Below, one piece after another: positions 38,683 through 50,152 of a stretch of DNA of 57,470 nucleotides. The notes below the pieces were generated by a model. That model saw only the letters and a program-made list of their open reading frames with translations. It was not told where the DNA came from and made no database searches. The first letter of the stretch is position 1; the number at the start of each line of letters is the position of its first letter. The position numbers and the translations under genes were made by a program. Location of the stretch: assembly GCF_001194135.2 (NCBI RefSeq), contig NC_068982.1:141075661-141133130 (forward strand). Direction: 5' to 3'. This stretch comes from Octopus bimaculoides. Its lineage: Eukaryota.

Positions 38683-38846
38683 CACGACAGGGCTTCTTTC
38701 AGTTTCTATTTACAAAATCCACAGGGAAGAGTTTAGTGAACTCAGTGCTATAGAACATATACGCCCCAGTTGCCACGCAGTGGGATTGAAACTAGAACTA
38801 TTTGGTCGGGAAACAAACATCTTACTACACAACCACATCTGCCCCC
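38683..38846 (-). mobile_element. Decayed SINE-A copy
   Basis: acgacagggcttctttcagtttc...gttgccacgcagtgggattgaaac...cttactacacaaccacat. Confidence 0.8.
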
Positions 38847-38848
38847 AC

Positions 38849-38892
<44 letters not shown>

Positions 38893-39782
38893 NNNNNNNN
38901 NNNNNNNNNNNNNNNNNNNNNNNNNNNNNNNNNNNNNNNNNNNNNNNNNNNNNNNNNNNNNNNNNNNNNNNNNNNNNNNNNNNNNNNNNNNNNNNNNNNN
39001 NNNNNNNNNNNNNNNNNNNNNNNNNNNNNNNNNNNNNNNNNNNNNNNNNNNNNNNNNNNNNNNNNNNNNNNNNNNNNNNNNNNNNNATATATATATATAT
39101 ATACACGTATACATGTATGAGTATGCGCGCGTGTGTTTTTGTGTTTGTGTATATATATGCGTGTGTGTGTGTGTGTGTGTGTTTGTATTTATATACAGAA
39201 AGATGCAGAATGGCAGACAAGCACCGGGGGAAAAAAAGAGCAAAGAGAAAAGGAAGGATTGTAAATAAATTTTACAAAGCCATACCATATGGAATTTTAT
39301 TTCATATTATTACGTTTTAGCTCTTTTCAAGGACTTGATTGTTTCCAAATGATTACAACTATATTTGAAGTAGTATAATGAAAGAATAGCATCACAGAAA
39401 TATTTCTGAAATAGTATTAGATAACTTTCTTACATTCTGCTATGTTAATTATTATAAATTACTTTCGAAATGATTACAATCATATCTGAAGCAGTATAGT
39501 GAAAGAATAGTATTACAGAAATATTCATAAAATGGTATTCTTAAAAGAAAACCTCCACACATGTTCTATGTTAATGTTAACAGATTAATTATAGCAGTCT
39601 CCAATTAATAATTCTAACACCTGCTGGAAAAACTGCGTAGCATTCAGATATTGTACGATACAACGAAATTTATCTCTTCATCGTTTGATGACGATGTGTG
39701 AAGGTTCAGTATCAAATACGAGTAGGTGTAATCGTTTACAAACGTTCTAAACTGCTCAATATGTTTTGTATCCTACCTGCTC

Positions 39783-39975
39783 GTGGCCCTCCGTCGATTA
39801 CGACAACGCGGATTCCAGGTGAAACGATCAACGGAACAGCCTGCTCGTGAAATTAACGTGCAGGTTATTAATGAGCACTCCACGGACCCGTGTACCCTTA
39901 ACGTAGTTCGCGAGGAGATTCAGCGTGACAGATAGTGTGACAAAGCTAGCCCTTTGAAATACAGCTCACTCCAAT
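39783..39975 (-). mobile_element. SINE-C 3' part
   Basis: gatcaacggaacagcctgctcgtgaaattaacgtgcag...gagattcagcgtgacag...ccctttgaaatacag. Confidence 0.88.
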
Positions 39976-40330
39976 TTTTGTCCGTCTGGGAATCCGATCC
40001 AAACCAGACTCCAAGCACCTTAAAAGGACCTTCCGTGCAGTGCCCCATGACACTGGATGTTAACGTCCTGCCACCCCAGGTGGCAAGCCACAAGCCGATA
40101 GACTTGACCTTGTTAATTTTTACCCCTGTCACCACCTCGTATCATTTGATTGCATCTTCTACACAAGGTAGCTGAGCTTCATCGGACATGGCGATGGTTA
40201 CGTCATCCACATATGTAGAAACAGACTCACCACATCCCAATTCAGTGGAGATGCTCCCCAAACTCAGTCAACGTTGTTGACTGATTTGCGCTCGTATATC
40301 ACCCGATCGAGGAAAATTACGATATAATAG
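39976..40330 (-). mobile_element. L1/Tx1-clade LINE RT fragment
   Basis: ESVSTYVDDVTI..AIK*YEVVTGVKINKVKSIGLWLATW..PFKVLGVWFGSDSQTDKNW. Confidence 0.8.
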
Positions 40331-41787
40331 CGCCAAGCAGTGCTTATGTATAAGCAAAATTTCGGTTAATTAAAATATGTTTGTAACATATTTCAACAGC
40401 TAAAAGGCAGTTACCGTATAGAAACTATCTCTCTTATAGTAAAATGTATGATATCCGTAAATCTTCTAACGATAGAAAGTGGAAATGGGCAAATATCTAT
40501 AGGGTGCACCCGAACAAATTTTAATGCGGAAAGAGGGATTGAATATGCTTTATTATAAATCATTAGAATCGTTTCAGTACATCATTTTCAGCTACTAATT
40601 GCGGAATGTTACGTAATTTATACACAACGTGTTTCAACAAAAGCTATATAAATAAAAGGACATCTTTTGCTCATCAAAGTCAAATCTCTGCTACATCAAC
40701 TTTGGGTTCTCCACATTATACCCGAACACAATGCTGTTTAAAGATTCCCACTGACAAAAGGAGAACAAGGAAATACAAAGAGATACAAGCGAGAAAACCA
40801 GCATGAAAATTAATGAAAAAAAAAAAAAATATGAGTAAAAAACCACATGTTCATTCGATCTTTAACCACAAAGTTGTTTGGTCTTTAGAAAAATAGAAAG
40901 AACATTTGAAAATAAGATTGTCATAAAAAGATAGACTTTAACAGCTAACTGTGTCTTGTATCGTTTGTTTTTGAACTTCAAAGAAACCAGTTCGCTTCCC
41001 TTACTCGGCGGGGTGCCAAAAACTTACAAACTTAATTTTAGGCAGATAGTGTCACTACTTTGATATTTTGATTGGTTTTCCGTCAGTATTGGCCCAGCCC
41101 ATGTCTAACTTAATAGCGCCACGATTACTTTTCAAGTCATTAAGAGTCGATTAAACTATCAAGTTTTCACACACACACATACACAAACACACACACACAC
41201 CCACACACAACACACACACACAACGCACATACACACACACGTACATATACATACATGTGTATATACACAAATATATACATCGAATCGTGCACTCTATCTC
41301 TTTCTGCTACTCAGCTTATGAGACCTACAATCCCGCTCATATCTTAATTCTTTTTCCTATTTATATCTACTCTTTTGTAATTATGAGTTTATCCTCAAGA
41401 CAAACATTTTAAGTCTATTGGAGCGATGTATGAGTTGTGTTCGTACATGCCCGTATAGTTCTAGAGACCATGATATGTCTATTAGCTTATAACAATATGG
41501 GTACGAATTTGTTTACAAGTTTCCTAATGTGGAATCGCGTGTTGAAACAGATATTGATATATCTCGGCATGGTCATTCGTTTGTCTTGCCGAAGAAACAC
41601 ACGCACTATTTATTCGATATGCACTTGTTTGTTATTATTGTTATTATTGTTCTTACTCTACGTCCATTGTGTGATATATTTCGTCACACATCCTATAGAC
41701 ATAAAATGGACAATAGTCATAAATTACGTATAATAATAAACGAGTGAAGAACGAATATATAGTGTAAGTGTTCATTTAGCAAGAAAA

Positions 41788-41887
41788 GGCGGTGAGCTGG
41801 CAGAAACGTTAGCACGCCGGGCGAAATGGTTAGCGGTATGTTGTCTGCCGCTACGTTCTGAGTTCAAATTCCGCCGAGGTCGACCTT
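41788..41887 (+). mobile_element. SINE-B 5' half (young, 3'-truncated)
   Basis: ggcggtgagctggcagaaacgttagcacgccgggcgaaat...gttctgagttcaaattccgccgaggtcgacc. Confidence 0.92.
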
Positions 41888-42424
41888 GAAACGTCTCGAA
41901 AGTAAACTAGAAACAGAGATGCATAGGGAAGAGAATCATAAAGGTACATGAAATTTATGCCTCCATACATATGGAGCCTTCTCGCCAGGTTATCCCGGGA
42001 GAAGCCAGGAATATGCTGACAAATAATGCATGCGGCTGTGCGTTACAGCGGCGCATACCTCACGTCTAAGCTGACCTGTCCTGAACTAAACTACCTATAT
42101 GTGTTGAATTAAGACTAGCGATAAAAATGAAAATGGGAAGGAACTGTGATAAATGTAATAAATCTTTATATTTTAAAGTATTTATGTATTACACAATAGA
42201 AATTAGGTCTAATGAGGAACAATTGATAGAAAGAATAGAAGAAAACATTAATAGATTAGCATTGGTGGGTAGATATTTATTGTAAGTATTTCTATGAAAA
42301 GGTTGTAGAAAGGTTTCTTCCTCGAAAAAAAGAAATGCATGAAATTATAGGCACGTTAATGTTAATTAAGTAAAGAGGTTCTATAATAGTTTCAATTAAA
42401 CGTAATAAAAATTGTAGAGATATC

Positions 42425-42925
42425 AGAGGGGATTTATTGAGGAGGGGGAGAAAAGGAGACAGGAAATTGGGAGAGAAAAGTATAGGGAAGGGGAGAGTGG
42501 ACAAAAGTTAATTACAACATAGGTGGGGGAAAGAAGAAGGAAAATAATAGGAAGGAAGGAGAGGAAAAGGAGTGGAGCAGGAAAAGGAGTGGAGCAGGAA
42601 AAGGAGTGGAGCAGTAGGAGTGGGGCAGGAGGAGTGAAGGAGGTGGAACGAAGAGGAGAAGGAGAAATAAAAAGAAGAAAGAGAAGAAGGATGAGAAGAA
42701 GGAAAAGGAGAAGACGAAGGCCACTAACGAGAAATGAAAGAGACAAGGAAGTAGCAGTAGTAGTAGAAGAAGTAGAAGAATGTGAAACGAAGAAGAAAAA
42801 GACAAAGAAAAAAGAAGACAATGAAGAAGTGAAAGAAGAGAAAACGAGAAAGAATTGGTGAAAAAAAAGAAACGACGACGACGACGAAGAAGAAAGTGAA
42901 GAAGAAGAAGAAGAAGAAGAAGAAT
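42425..42925 (+). repeat. Purine-rich low-complexity block with 17-bp minisatellite GGAAAAGGAGTGGAGCA x3
   Basis: Read directly; shares non-periodic motifs with 56075-56925. Confidence 0.9.
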
Positions 42926-43518
42926 CGTTCAGCAAAAGATAATTAACAGACTAATTGTTGGGGTTTTACAGAATGGCGGAAAGAAATGGGGAAACAAGAT
43001 GAATAATTAAGACAGATGAAGAACTAAAATCGATAGTTTTTAAAAGTAATTTGAAGCTCACGTCATTGGAGTCGGCAGGTGTTAATTATGTTTAAGGGAA
43101 AAATTTGGACTTAACTCTAATACGGGTGTTCTGAAAAGAATTTCATGTTATATAACGTTCAGCATGCTTCGTTTATAGAGAACGACGTAACCTGTTTTAA
43201 TGAATAAAATATTTTAGGTGTATCTGACGAGAATCTAGAAACCACGATTTTTTCAACGTAATGCTCGAATTGTATTCGAAATTTGGTTTATAGATGCTAC
43301 TAAGCTGTAACAAACTGTTTCAGTGTTTTAGGTTGATTTTGCGAGGCCCTTATAGTTTATAATTTAATTCATTATTAAGCTGACCGCATTTATTTCTTTC
43401 TATAATTTTTTTTGACGTTTATTATTGGATTAATTTCCATTGATTTGTCACAATTGCTATATTAATTGTGGCTTTTCATCTTGAAAAAATATTTCCCTTT
43501 ACTATATGCACACCACAC

Positions 43519-43574
<56 letters not shown>

Positions 43575-44337
43575 CTAGTTTGTCCGTCGATGTGACGAAG
43601 ACCATCTAGTCATCCTGGGGTAGGTGTGGGCTTTCTTTGTGAGTCCGCAGATGGCTAGTGAGGCCAAGCTGCACCTGAAAGTGTCTTTGACATGTGGACA
43701 GGAAATGGTAGCACCTGCTATAGGGTTGTTACCTCTGTTCTTCCTGGCTTGTCCGAGGTTTTCTGCAGCAGTGATTCTATTGGTCTCGCATGTGTTGTCA
43801 CCCTTGTGGAGAGCTGATCGCCACCTTTCTCTGTCTGGAGGAGACTGCTCCCAAGCTGCATGGTCGATGTTGAAGGCTTTGAGGGAAGCTTTCAGTGTCC
43901 CCTTAAAGCGCTTATTCTGGCCGCCTTGTGAGCGCTTTCCATTTTGCATCTCGCCAAGGAGCAATCTTTTTGGTAATCGATCGTCTGACATGCGAGCTAC
44001 GTGCCCTGCCCATCGAAGCTGAGACTATATCAAGATGGTATGGATGCTGGGCAGGTTAGCACATATTAGTACCTGGGTGTCCGGGATTCTGTCCTGCCAC
44101 TTTATGCCGAGAAATTTTCTGAGGCGTATTGTATGAAAGTGGTTCAGCTTCCTGGCATGAGGCTGGCAGACCGTCCAGGACTCGCAACCGTAAAGCAGCG
44201 TTGTGAGAACAACAGCCCGGGACACCTTGATATTTGTCATGATGGTGATCCCCCTCCTGTTCCAAACAGTCTTGAATGCAGTGGACAAGTTCACCTACTT
44301 TGGTAGCACACTCTCTAGAAACGTTGTCGTCGATGAG
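43575..44337 (-). mobile_element. RTE-clade LINE 3' fragment with inverted 5' segment
   Basis: Minus strand: VWNRRGIT..VVLTTLLYGCESW..LRKFLGIKWQDRIPDT..LRWAGHVARMSDDRLPKRLLLGE..DRERWR, plus a decayed terminal Zn-finger region. Plus strand about 44268-44337: LNAVDKFTYFGSTLSRNVVVDE. Confidence 0.92.
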
Positions 44338-44757
44338 CTGGCAGAAGCGTTAGCACGCCGAGTGAAATGCTTAGCGGTATTTCGCCTGTCTTTGCGTTTT
44401 GGATTCAAATTCGGCCGAGGTCGACTTTTCCTTTCATCCTTTCGAAGTCGATAAATTAAGTACCAGTTACGCACTAAGGTCGATGTAACCGACTTAAACC
44501 GTTTGTCTGTCTTTGTTTGTCATCTCTGTTTAGCCCCTTGTGGGCAATAAAGACATAAGAAACGTTAGCACGCCGGGCGAAATGCTTAGCGGTATTTCGT
44601 CTGTCTTTACGATCCGGGTTCAAATTCCGCCGAGGTCTACTTTGCCTTTCGTCCTTTTGGTGTCGATAAATTAAGTACCATTTGCATACCGGAATCGATC
44701 TAATCGACTGGTCCCCTCCCCCGAAATTTCGGATTTGTAACTAGAGTAGAAAAGAAT
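44334..44757 (+). mobile_element. SINE-B dimer (5'-truncated head)
   Basis: Unit 1, linker ending gtgggcaataaagacataag, restart at aaacgttagcacgccgggcg, terminal tail gagtagaaaagaat. Confidence 0.9.
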
Positions 44758-44768
44758 GTGAGGAATGA

Positions 44769-45280
44769 GGGTGGCAAGTTGACGGAATCTTTAGCAAGCC
44801 GGGCACAATTGTTAGCGCCATTTGGCCTGTCTTTCACATTCTCAGTTCTTATTTCGCTGAGGTTGATTTTTCCTTCTGGAGTCGGTAAATTAATTACCAG
44901 TTGTCATCGTCTTACGCACTCCCCTGAAATTGTTGGCCTTGTGCCAAAATTTGAAATGAAATCAATATGTGTGGAATGTTCTTTTCATTTCTCTATTTCG
45001 TTTTTCGGATAAGTATTCTCTGATTCTATGTTCTTCAGTAACTCTGTCTACATTATAGCTATTTCTAATTATAACGACCAGAACTGTTTACCTAATTTTA
45101 AAATATTCATCTCAAATTTTGGCTCAACGATATCAATTTCGTGGGAGGTGCTAAGTCGATTTCAATGAGCCCATGCTTAACTGGTACCCAATTTATCGAC
45201 CCCTCGATTCCGAAAGGGTGAATGGCAAATTCAACCCCCGGCGGCATTTAAACTCAGAACGTAAAAACGGATGGAATGTC
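44769..45280. mobile_element. Two old SINE-B copies: plus strand at 44769-44960, minus strand at 45105-45280
   Basis: Decayed SINE-B motifs in opposite orientations. Confidence 0.65.
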
Positions 45281-46964
45281 GCTAATCTTATCTATAATAT
45301 ATAAAATATTATAATATTATACCTGTATATCTACTATTAACCCCGCCTGTATATGTATGAATGTGTGTGTATGTGTAGACGCTATTTTTTAGCAAATTCT
45401 ATATATTTGCATACTGGATTTTCTTATGAATTCTTGTGTTCTCTTTCTAAATCCTTTCCGAAATTCCATTTTCCTAGCGATAGAAATTTCACAAGGAATT
45501 ATTTACATTGCAAAGTTAAACACTTCCAAATGATTAAATAATATGACGACATATTGTAGATGTACTTGTGAATCGGTGAATTTAATATTTCCAGTATTTT
45601 TCGAAAATAATCATATAATAGGAATTGCCATACTTAAAGAGCCGTAGTGCCTACTTAAGTTGTAATGCCTACCGTTTATTGATCTTTACTCGGGAGAGAA
45701 CATAGAAATGCCTTTTCTAAATGAAAGTTAAATCAAATATGAACAAAAAATGGCGAGATATTAAAATTAACGAATCTATACTTTNNNNNNNNNNATATAT
45801 ATACATATATATATATGTACATGTGTATGTAAATATACTGGAAGAACGGAAAATTAAGTGCAAGCATAAATTATTCGTATCTACGTACGTTTCGCCATTA
45901 CAGCTCTTTTGAAACACAGCATTAGATGCGTAGCTGTAATGGATCATCATGGGTACATTTTATTGTTTTTCTGTTACAGGGATTTAATATTTTAATTTCC
46001 TCTAAATATGCTCTGCATATCATAACTAGTAACACTGCTAACTACAGTGGTTGACTAACCACTGTATTGGAAGATAACTGAATGAGGATATTCTACGTCA
46101 AACTCTAGCTCATGAACGATATTCCTTTCTTTTTTCCTTCTTCCTAACTATAGAAAAATGATTATACGTATGTCCTATTTCAATCATTATCGCGTGAACT
46201 TCTTTGCTTATTTAGTTATCGGAAAGTCAACCCCGCGTCATACTCGAACGTCAAACATTTCCGTAATATCAATTACATAGGTATTGCGTTTGATTTTTAG
46301 CAGTCCCAGTGTTCACTTAAATTCTCAATCACATCAACCCTTCCATATATCAATTTCAATGTTCTTACTGGAGGCATTGAAAAGCATATTATGTATAATA
46401 CAACAAATTACCTTTTATTATCCTTGTAACAACGTAAGCATCAAGATTACTGCATTTTATATCCACTATTTGCAATAACTACACCAAATTATTTCAGTCT
46501 AATTCATCAATTTACTCCAACTACGGCACTAATATATAAATGGGTTTATATAGAGTAAGATTTGATACATAGATATGCATAAAGCAATTCTACAAATACT
46601 GAAACAATTTTCTTTGTGTATGTAGGAAGTGTTCCAGCTTCAGAATGTTATTAAACGAAAAAAATACAGAAACGAGACAGAAATAATGAAGAAGCTTTTA
46701 GTATATGTATATCTGCTAGAAATACAAACCAAATTCCTTGGAACTCACTCTTCATCATGTCAGAAATAAAGAACTATTCATGTCATTTTATAGTGTACAG
46801 AAAATGTTACCTGAATTCACACTTTAAATGTTATGTATAGAACATTTATGGTAAAAGTTCCTGACACTCATGCATCAGATGCAAAGCAGAGTTAAACTAA
46901 ATATATGCGCGCGCACGTCTGTGTGTATTTGTGAGCATGAGTGTTTGTGAGTGAATATTCTTTT

Positions 46965-47245
46965 CTACTCTACTCTAGACACAAGGACTGAAATTTTTGG
47001 GGAGGAGGCCAGTCGATTAGATCGACTCCATTATGCAACTGGTACTTCATTAATCAACTCCTGAAAGGATGAAACGCAAAGAAACCTCGACGGAAAATTC
47101 AACTCAACGTAAAGACACGAAATACCACTAAGAATTTCACACGCCGTGCTAACTTTTCTTTTCTAATTTAGGCACAAGGCCCGAAATTTTGATGGAGGGT
47201 GCCAGACGATTATATCGACCCAAGTACACAACTGGTACTTGATTT
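46965..47245 (-). mobile_element. SINE-B copy plus adjacent 3' fragment
   Basis: ttctactc...acacaaggactgaaattttt...gtcgattagatcgac...; a second ggcacaaggcccgaaatttt...atcgaccc follows. Confidence 0.8.
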
Positions 47246-47248
47246 ATG

Positions 47249-47284
<36 letters not shown>

Positions 47285-47286
<2 letters not shown>

Positions 47287-47578
47287 AGCACTCCGTCGGT
47301 TACAATCAAAGGAAGAACGTGCTCGGCAAATTAACGATCACGTGGCTGAGCACTCCATAGACACGTGTACCTTTAACGTACTTCTTAGGGAGATTCAGCG
47401 TGAGACAGAGTGTGACAAGACTGGCCCTTTGAAATACAGGTACTACTGAATTGTACAAGCTGAATGAACTGGTGCAAAGTGAAATATACTGTCTTCGTCA
47501 AGAATACAACACGCTGACGGGAGTTGAACTCACAAACTTACGATCGTGTGCCGAATTCTCTGACCACTAAGCCATGCC
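47285..47578 (-). mobile_element. SINE-C copy, near full length
   Basis: Tail ggagcactccgtcggttac through to head gggagttgaactcac...accactaagccatgc. Confidence 0.88.
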
Positions 47579-47679
47579 CCTTCACACGCGCGTGCGCGCC
47601 CCCCATATATACGTGTGTTTCACCAAAAAGAAGAAGTATAACTGTCAATAAATGTGCCTATGATGTTAAAAACACCTAC

Positions 47680-47827
47680 TTATTAGAAATAAGAAATTTT
47701 CTATACGGACCGAGTATTGTCGGTCGCATTTTTCGGACAATTACGTTCCCCGGTGGTCTATATGTTTTCATTCCGTTAGCTACAGTAAGAGGGCATTTAG
47801 CAGTCATATCTAGTAATGTAGGTATTT
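47680..47827 (-). CDS. Candidate exon C (phase 1; IPTLLDMTAKCPLTVANGMKTYRPPGNVIVRKMRPTILGPYRKFLISN)
   Basis: Open frame with protein-like composition. Acceptor cgtattag| is weak. Donor AA|gtaggt, or the frame ends K-stop. Phase matches exon B. Confidence 0.4.
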
Positions 47828-47983
47828 CTAATACGCTAGTCACATGTAGGAACAATAACATATATTGGCGTGTGTGTGTGTATGTGTTTGTGTGTGTGCG
47901 TGTGGACATATATGTTTGCATTTATATGCGAGAATTTGTACATAGGCTCGTGTGTCTCTTTTTGTATTCATGCACACATTAAG

Positions 47984-48108
47984 CTGTACTCCACTAAAAT
48001 TAACCTCTACTCCTCGTTAAAATCTTTGAATATTGATATTCAAATTAACCTGTACTCCACTAAATTAACCTGTACTCCTCGTTAAAATGTTTAAATATTG
48101 ATATTCAA
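47984..48108. repeat. Tandem duplication (about 60-bp unit x2) with internal sub-repeat and palindrome
   Basis: ctgtactccactaaaattaacct(c/g)tactcctcgttaaaat...aatattgatattcaa occurs twice. Confidence 0.9.
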
Positions 48109-48175
48109 GCATTTTAACGAGGAATTTCGCACGTTTAATATGAACGCGAGACAAAATATGCACACATATATAAAT

Positions 48176-48239
<64 letters not shown>

Positions 48240-48242
48240 TAC

Positions 48243-48447
48243 TTCTGCCTGTATTGTACAGACTAAACGTTAGTGTGAGCGTCGCAGACGTATCGTCATC
48301 ATTTCCCCTATTACTTGTAACCGAAATGTTGTCTGGTCTGATGCTATCATCTGCCACCTGAACTAACTCCCAGCAGAATTTATTCAGTTGCTTGCATTCA
48401 GCATCGTTTCCTGTTTGGAGATACTTTCCAACTTCCCTCAAACCAAC
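48243..48447 (-). CDS. Candidate exon B (phase 0 to 1; VGLREVGKYLQTGNDAECKQLNKFCWELVQVADDSIRPDNISVTSNRGNDDDTSATLTLTFSLYNTGR)
   Basis: Good acceptor tattgtctctcag|G. Donor GAA|gtatat lies exactly where (TATC)n begins. 68 open codons with GC-elevated, protein-like composition. Confidence 0.55.
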
Positions 48448-48602
48448 CTGAGAGACAATATATAGAGTCACGTGAACTGCCTTTTCGATTGAGTAAATGA
48501 TGAAATTGTGTCGCGTTATTATATTTTGAATAGATGCAAATAATATTTAAGTCAGAAAGTATTGTGTGTGCCATCGGTTGAATTATCTTTATAGATCCAT
48601 AC

Positions 48603-48784
48603 AATCTGTTTTCTGGAGGTAACTAATTTCATTAATTTGTTAATTATTTTAACAAATTGCTGCCAGTCCTTTTTGGAGTACAATCCTGTTGCGTTGATTA
48701 AATTAAGACTAACAGTGACTACTGCATCGTAATGTACTCCAGTAGGATCGAAACACTTCCCTGTCGATCTTCTTCTAAGCAAAC
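48603..48784 (-). CDS. Candidate exon A (phase 1 to 0; LLRRRSTGKCFDPTGVHYDAVVTVSLNLINATGLYSKKDWQQFVKIINKLMKLVTSRKQI)
   Basis: Open frame. Donor ATT|gtatgg gives a 155-nt GT-AG intron joining exon B in frame. Acceptor tttaag| is weak. Confidence 0.5.
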
Positions 48785-49164
48785 CTTAAATTGTCCTTGT
48801 TATATATGTTTTATTCATGGGGGACCTGAGTTCCAGTGACCCCCTGCATAAACTCGTAAATTGGCGCGAAAAATTCCTTAACCGCTAATTATTATTTTTT
48901 TATTCTTAATTTATTTTAATCAAATTACGAATATTTAACTTTACTCTATTTATCTTTTATGGTCCATCATAACCTTAATAGTTATATGTTGTATAACCTA
49001 ATATTATCTCTATTAGTTTTCATAAATCAAATTTTGTCATAAACATTCTTCAAGTTGACGGTGGGACGTCGTTTAAAGTAAGTATTATATAACACTTTTA
49101 GTTTCAAATGATAAACAGTTCCGAAGTAGATATGTTCAAATGTCTCCTTTAACCCTTGCTAAAG

Positions 49165-49480
49165 CACTTAGATCAGTGGTTAGGCGTTGAGCTTAAAATC
49201 GTGAGGTTGTGAGTTCGATTTCCGGATCGCTTTGTATGTTCTGTTCTTGAGCAAGACACTTTTATTTCATGTTGCTCCAGTTCCCTTAGCTGCAGAAATG
49301 AGTTGTGACGTCACTGGTGCCAAGCTGTATCAGATTTTGCCTTTCCCCTTGGACAACATCAGTGGGATGGAGAGGGCCGACTGCTGATCTTCTGCAAAGC
49401 AATCTCAATGGGCGTAGTGCGTCGGAGCACAAGATTCTTGTTGCAATACCATGGTTATTCATGACCGAAGGCAGGCGTTA
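49165..49480 (+). mobile_element. SINE-D copy (tRNA head, ttcttgagcaagacact, distinct body)
   Basis: Matches 54278-54605, e.g. gttgctccagttc..agctg.agaaatgag.tg.ga.gtcactggtg.caagctgtatcag. Confidence 0.85.
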
Positions 49481-49505
49481 CACTTGCTTCTTGTACTGAC
49501 ACTAT

Positions 49506-50152
49506 TTTTTTCTACTCTAACCACAAGGCCCGAAATGTTTGGGGATGGAGCCAGTCGATTAGATGACCCCCGTACGGAACTGGTACTTAAATTATCGACC
49601 CTGAAAGGATGAACGGCAAAATCGACCTGGGTGGAATTTGAACTCAGAACGTAAGGATAGAAGAAATACCGTTTAATTTTGCGTTCGGCGTGCTAACATT
49701 TCTTATTTTTTATTGCTCACAAGGGGCTAAACATAGAGGGGACAAACAAGGACAGACAAATGAATTAAGTCGATTACATCGACCCCACTGCGTAATTGGT
49801 ACTTAATTTAAAGACCCCGAAAGGAAGAAAGGCAGAGTCGACCTCGGTAGAATTTGAACTCAGAACGTAAAGACAGACGAAATACTGCAAAGTATTTCAC
49901 CCGGGGTGCTAACGTTTATTATTTCTTTACTGCCCACAAGGGGCTACACACAGAGGGGACAAACAAGAACAGACAAATGGATGAAGTCGATTATATCGAC
50001 CCCAGTTCGTAAGTGGTACTTATTTAATCGACCCGGAATGGATGAAAGGTAAAGTCGACCTCGGCGGAATCTGAACTCAGAACGTTACGGCAGACGAAAT
50101 ACCGCTAAGCATTTCGCCCGGCGTGCTAACGTTTCAGCCAGCTCGCCGCCTT
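49506..50152 (-). mobile_element. SINE-B trimer flanked by a single 15-bp TSD
   Basis: TSD ttgtactgacactat at 49491-49505 and 50153-50167. Units at about 49918-50152, 49701-49917 and 49506-49700. Confidence 0.93.

Noticed and set aside
40695-40750. Very strong minus-strand acceptor (ctctttgtatttccttgttctccttttgtcag|)
   Set aside because: Only weak donors follow and the peptides are short and uninformative; not enough to call an exon.
43224-43242. CTGACGA...GAAAC as a hammerhead
   Set aside because: No closing pair for stem II and no NUH triplet or stem I; probably coincidental.
49506-50152. CRISPR-like repeat-spacer array
   Set aside because: Units are ~215-bp homologous SINE copies with no unique spacers; eukaryotic context with no cas genes.
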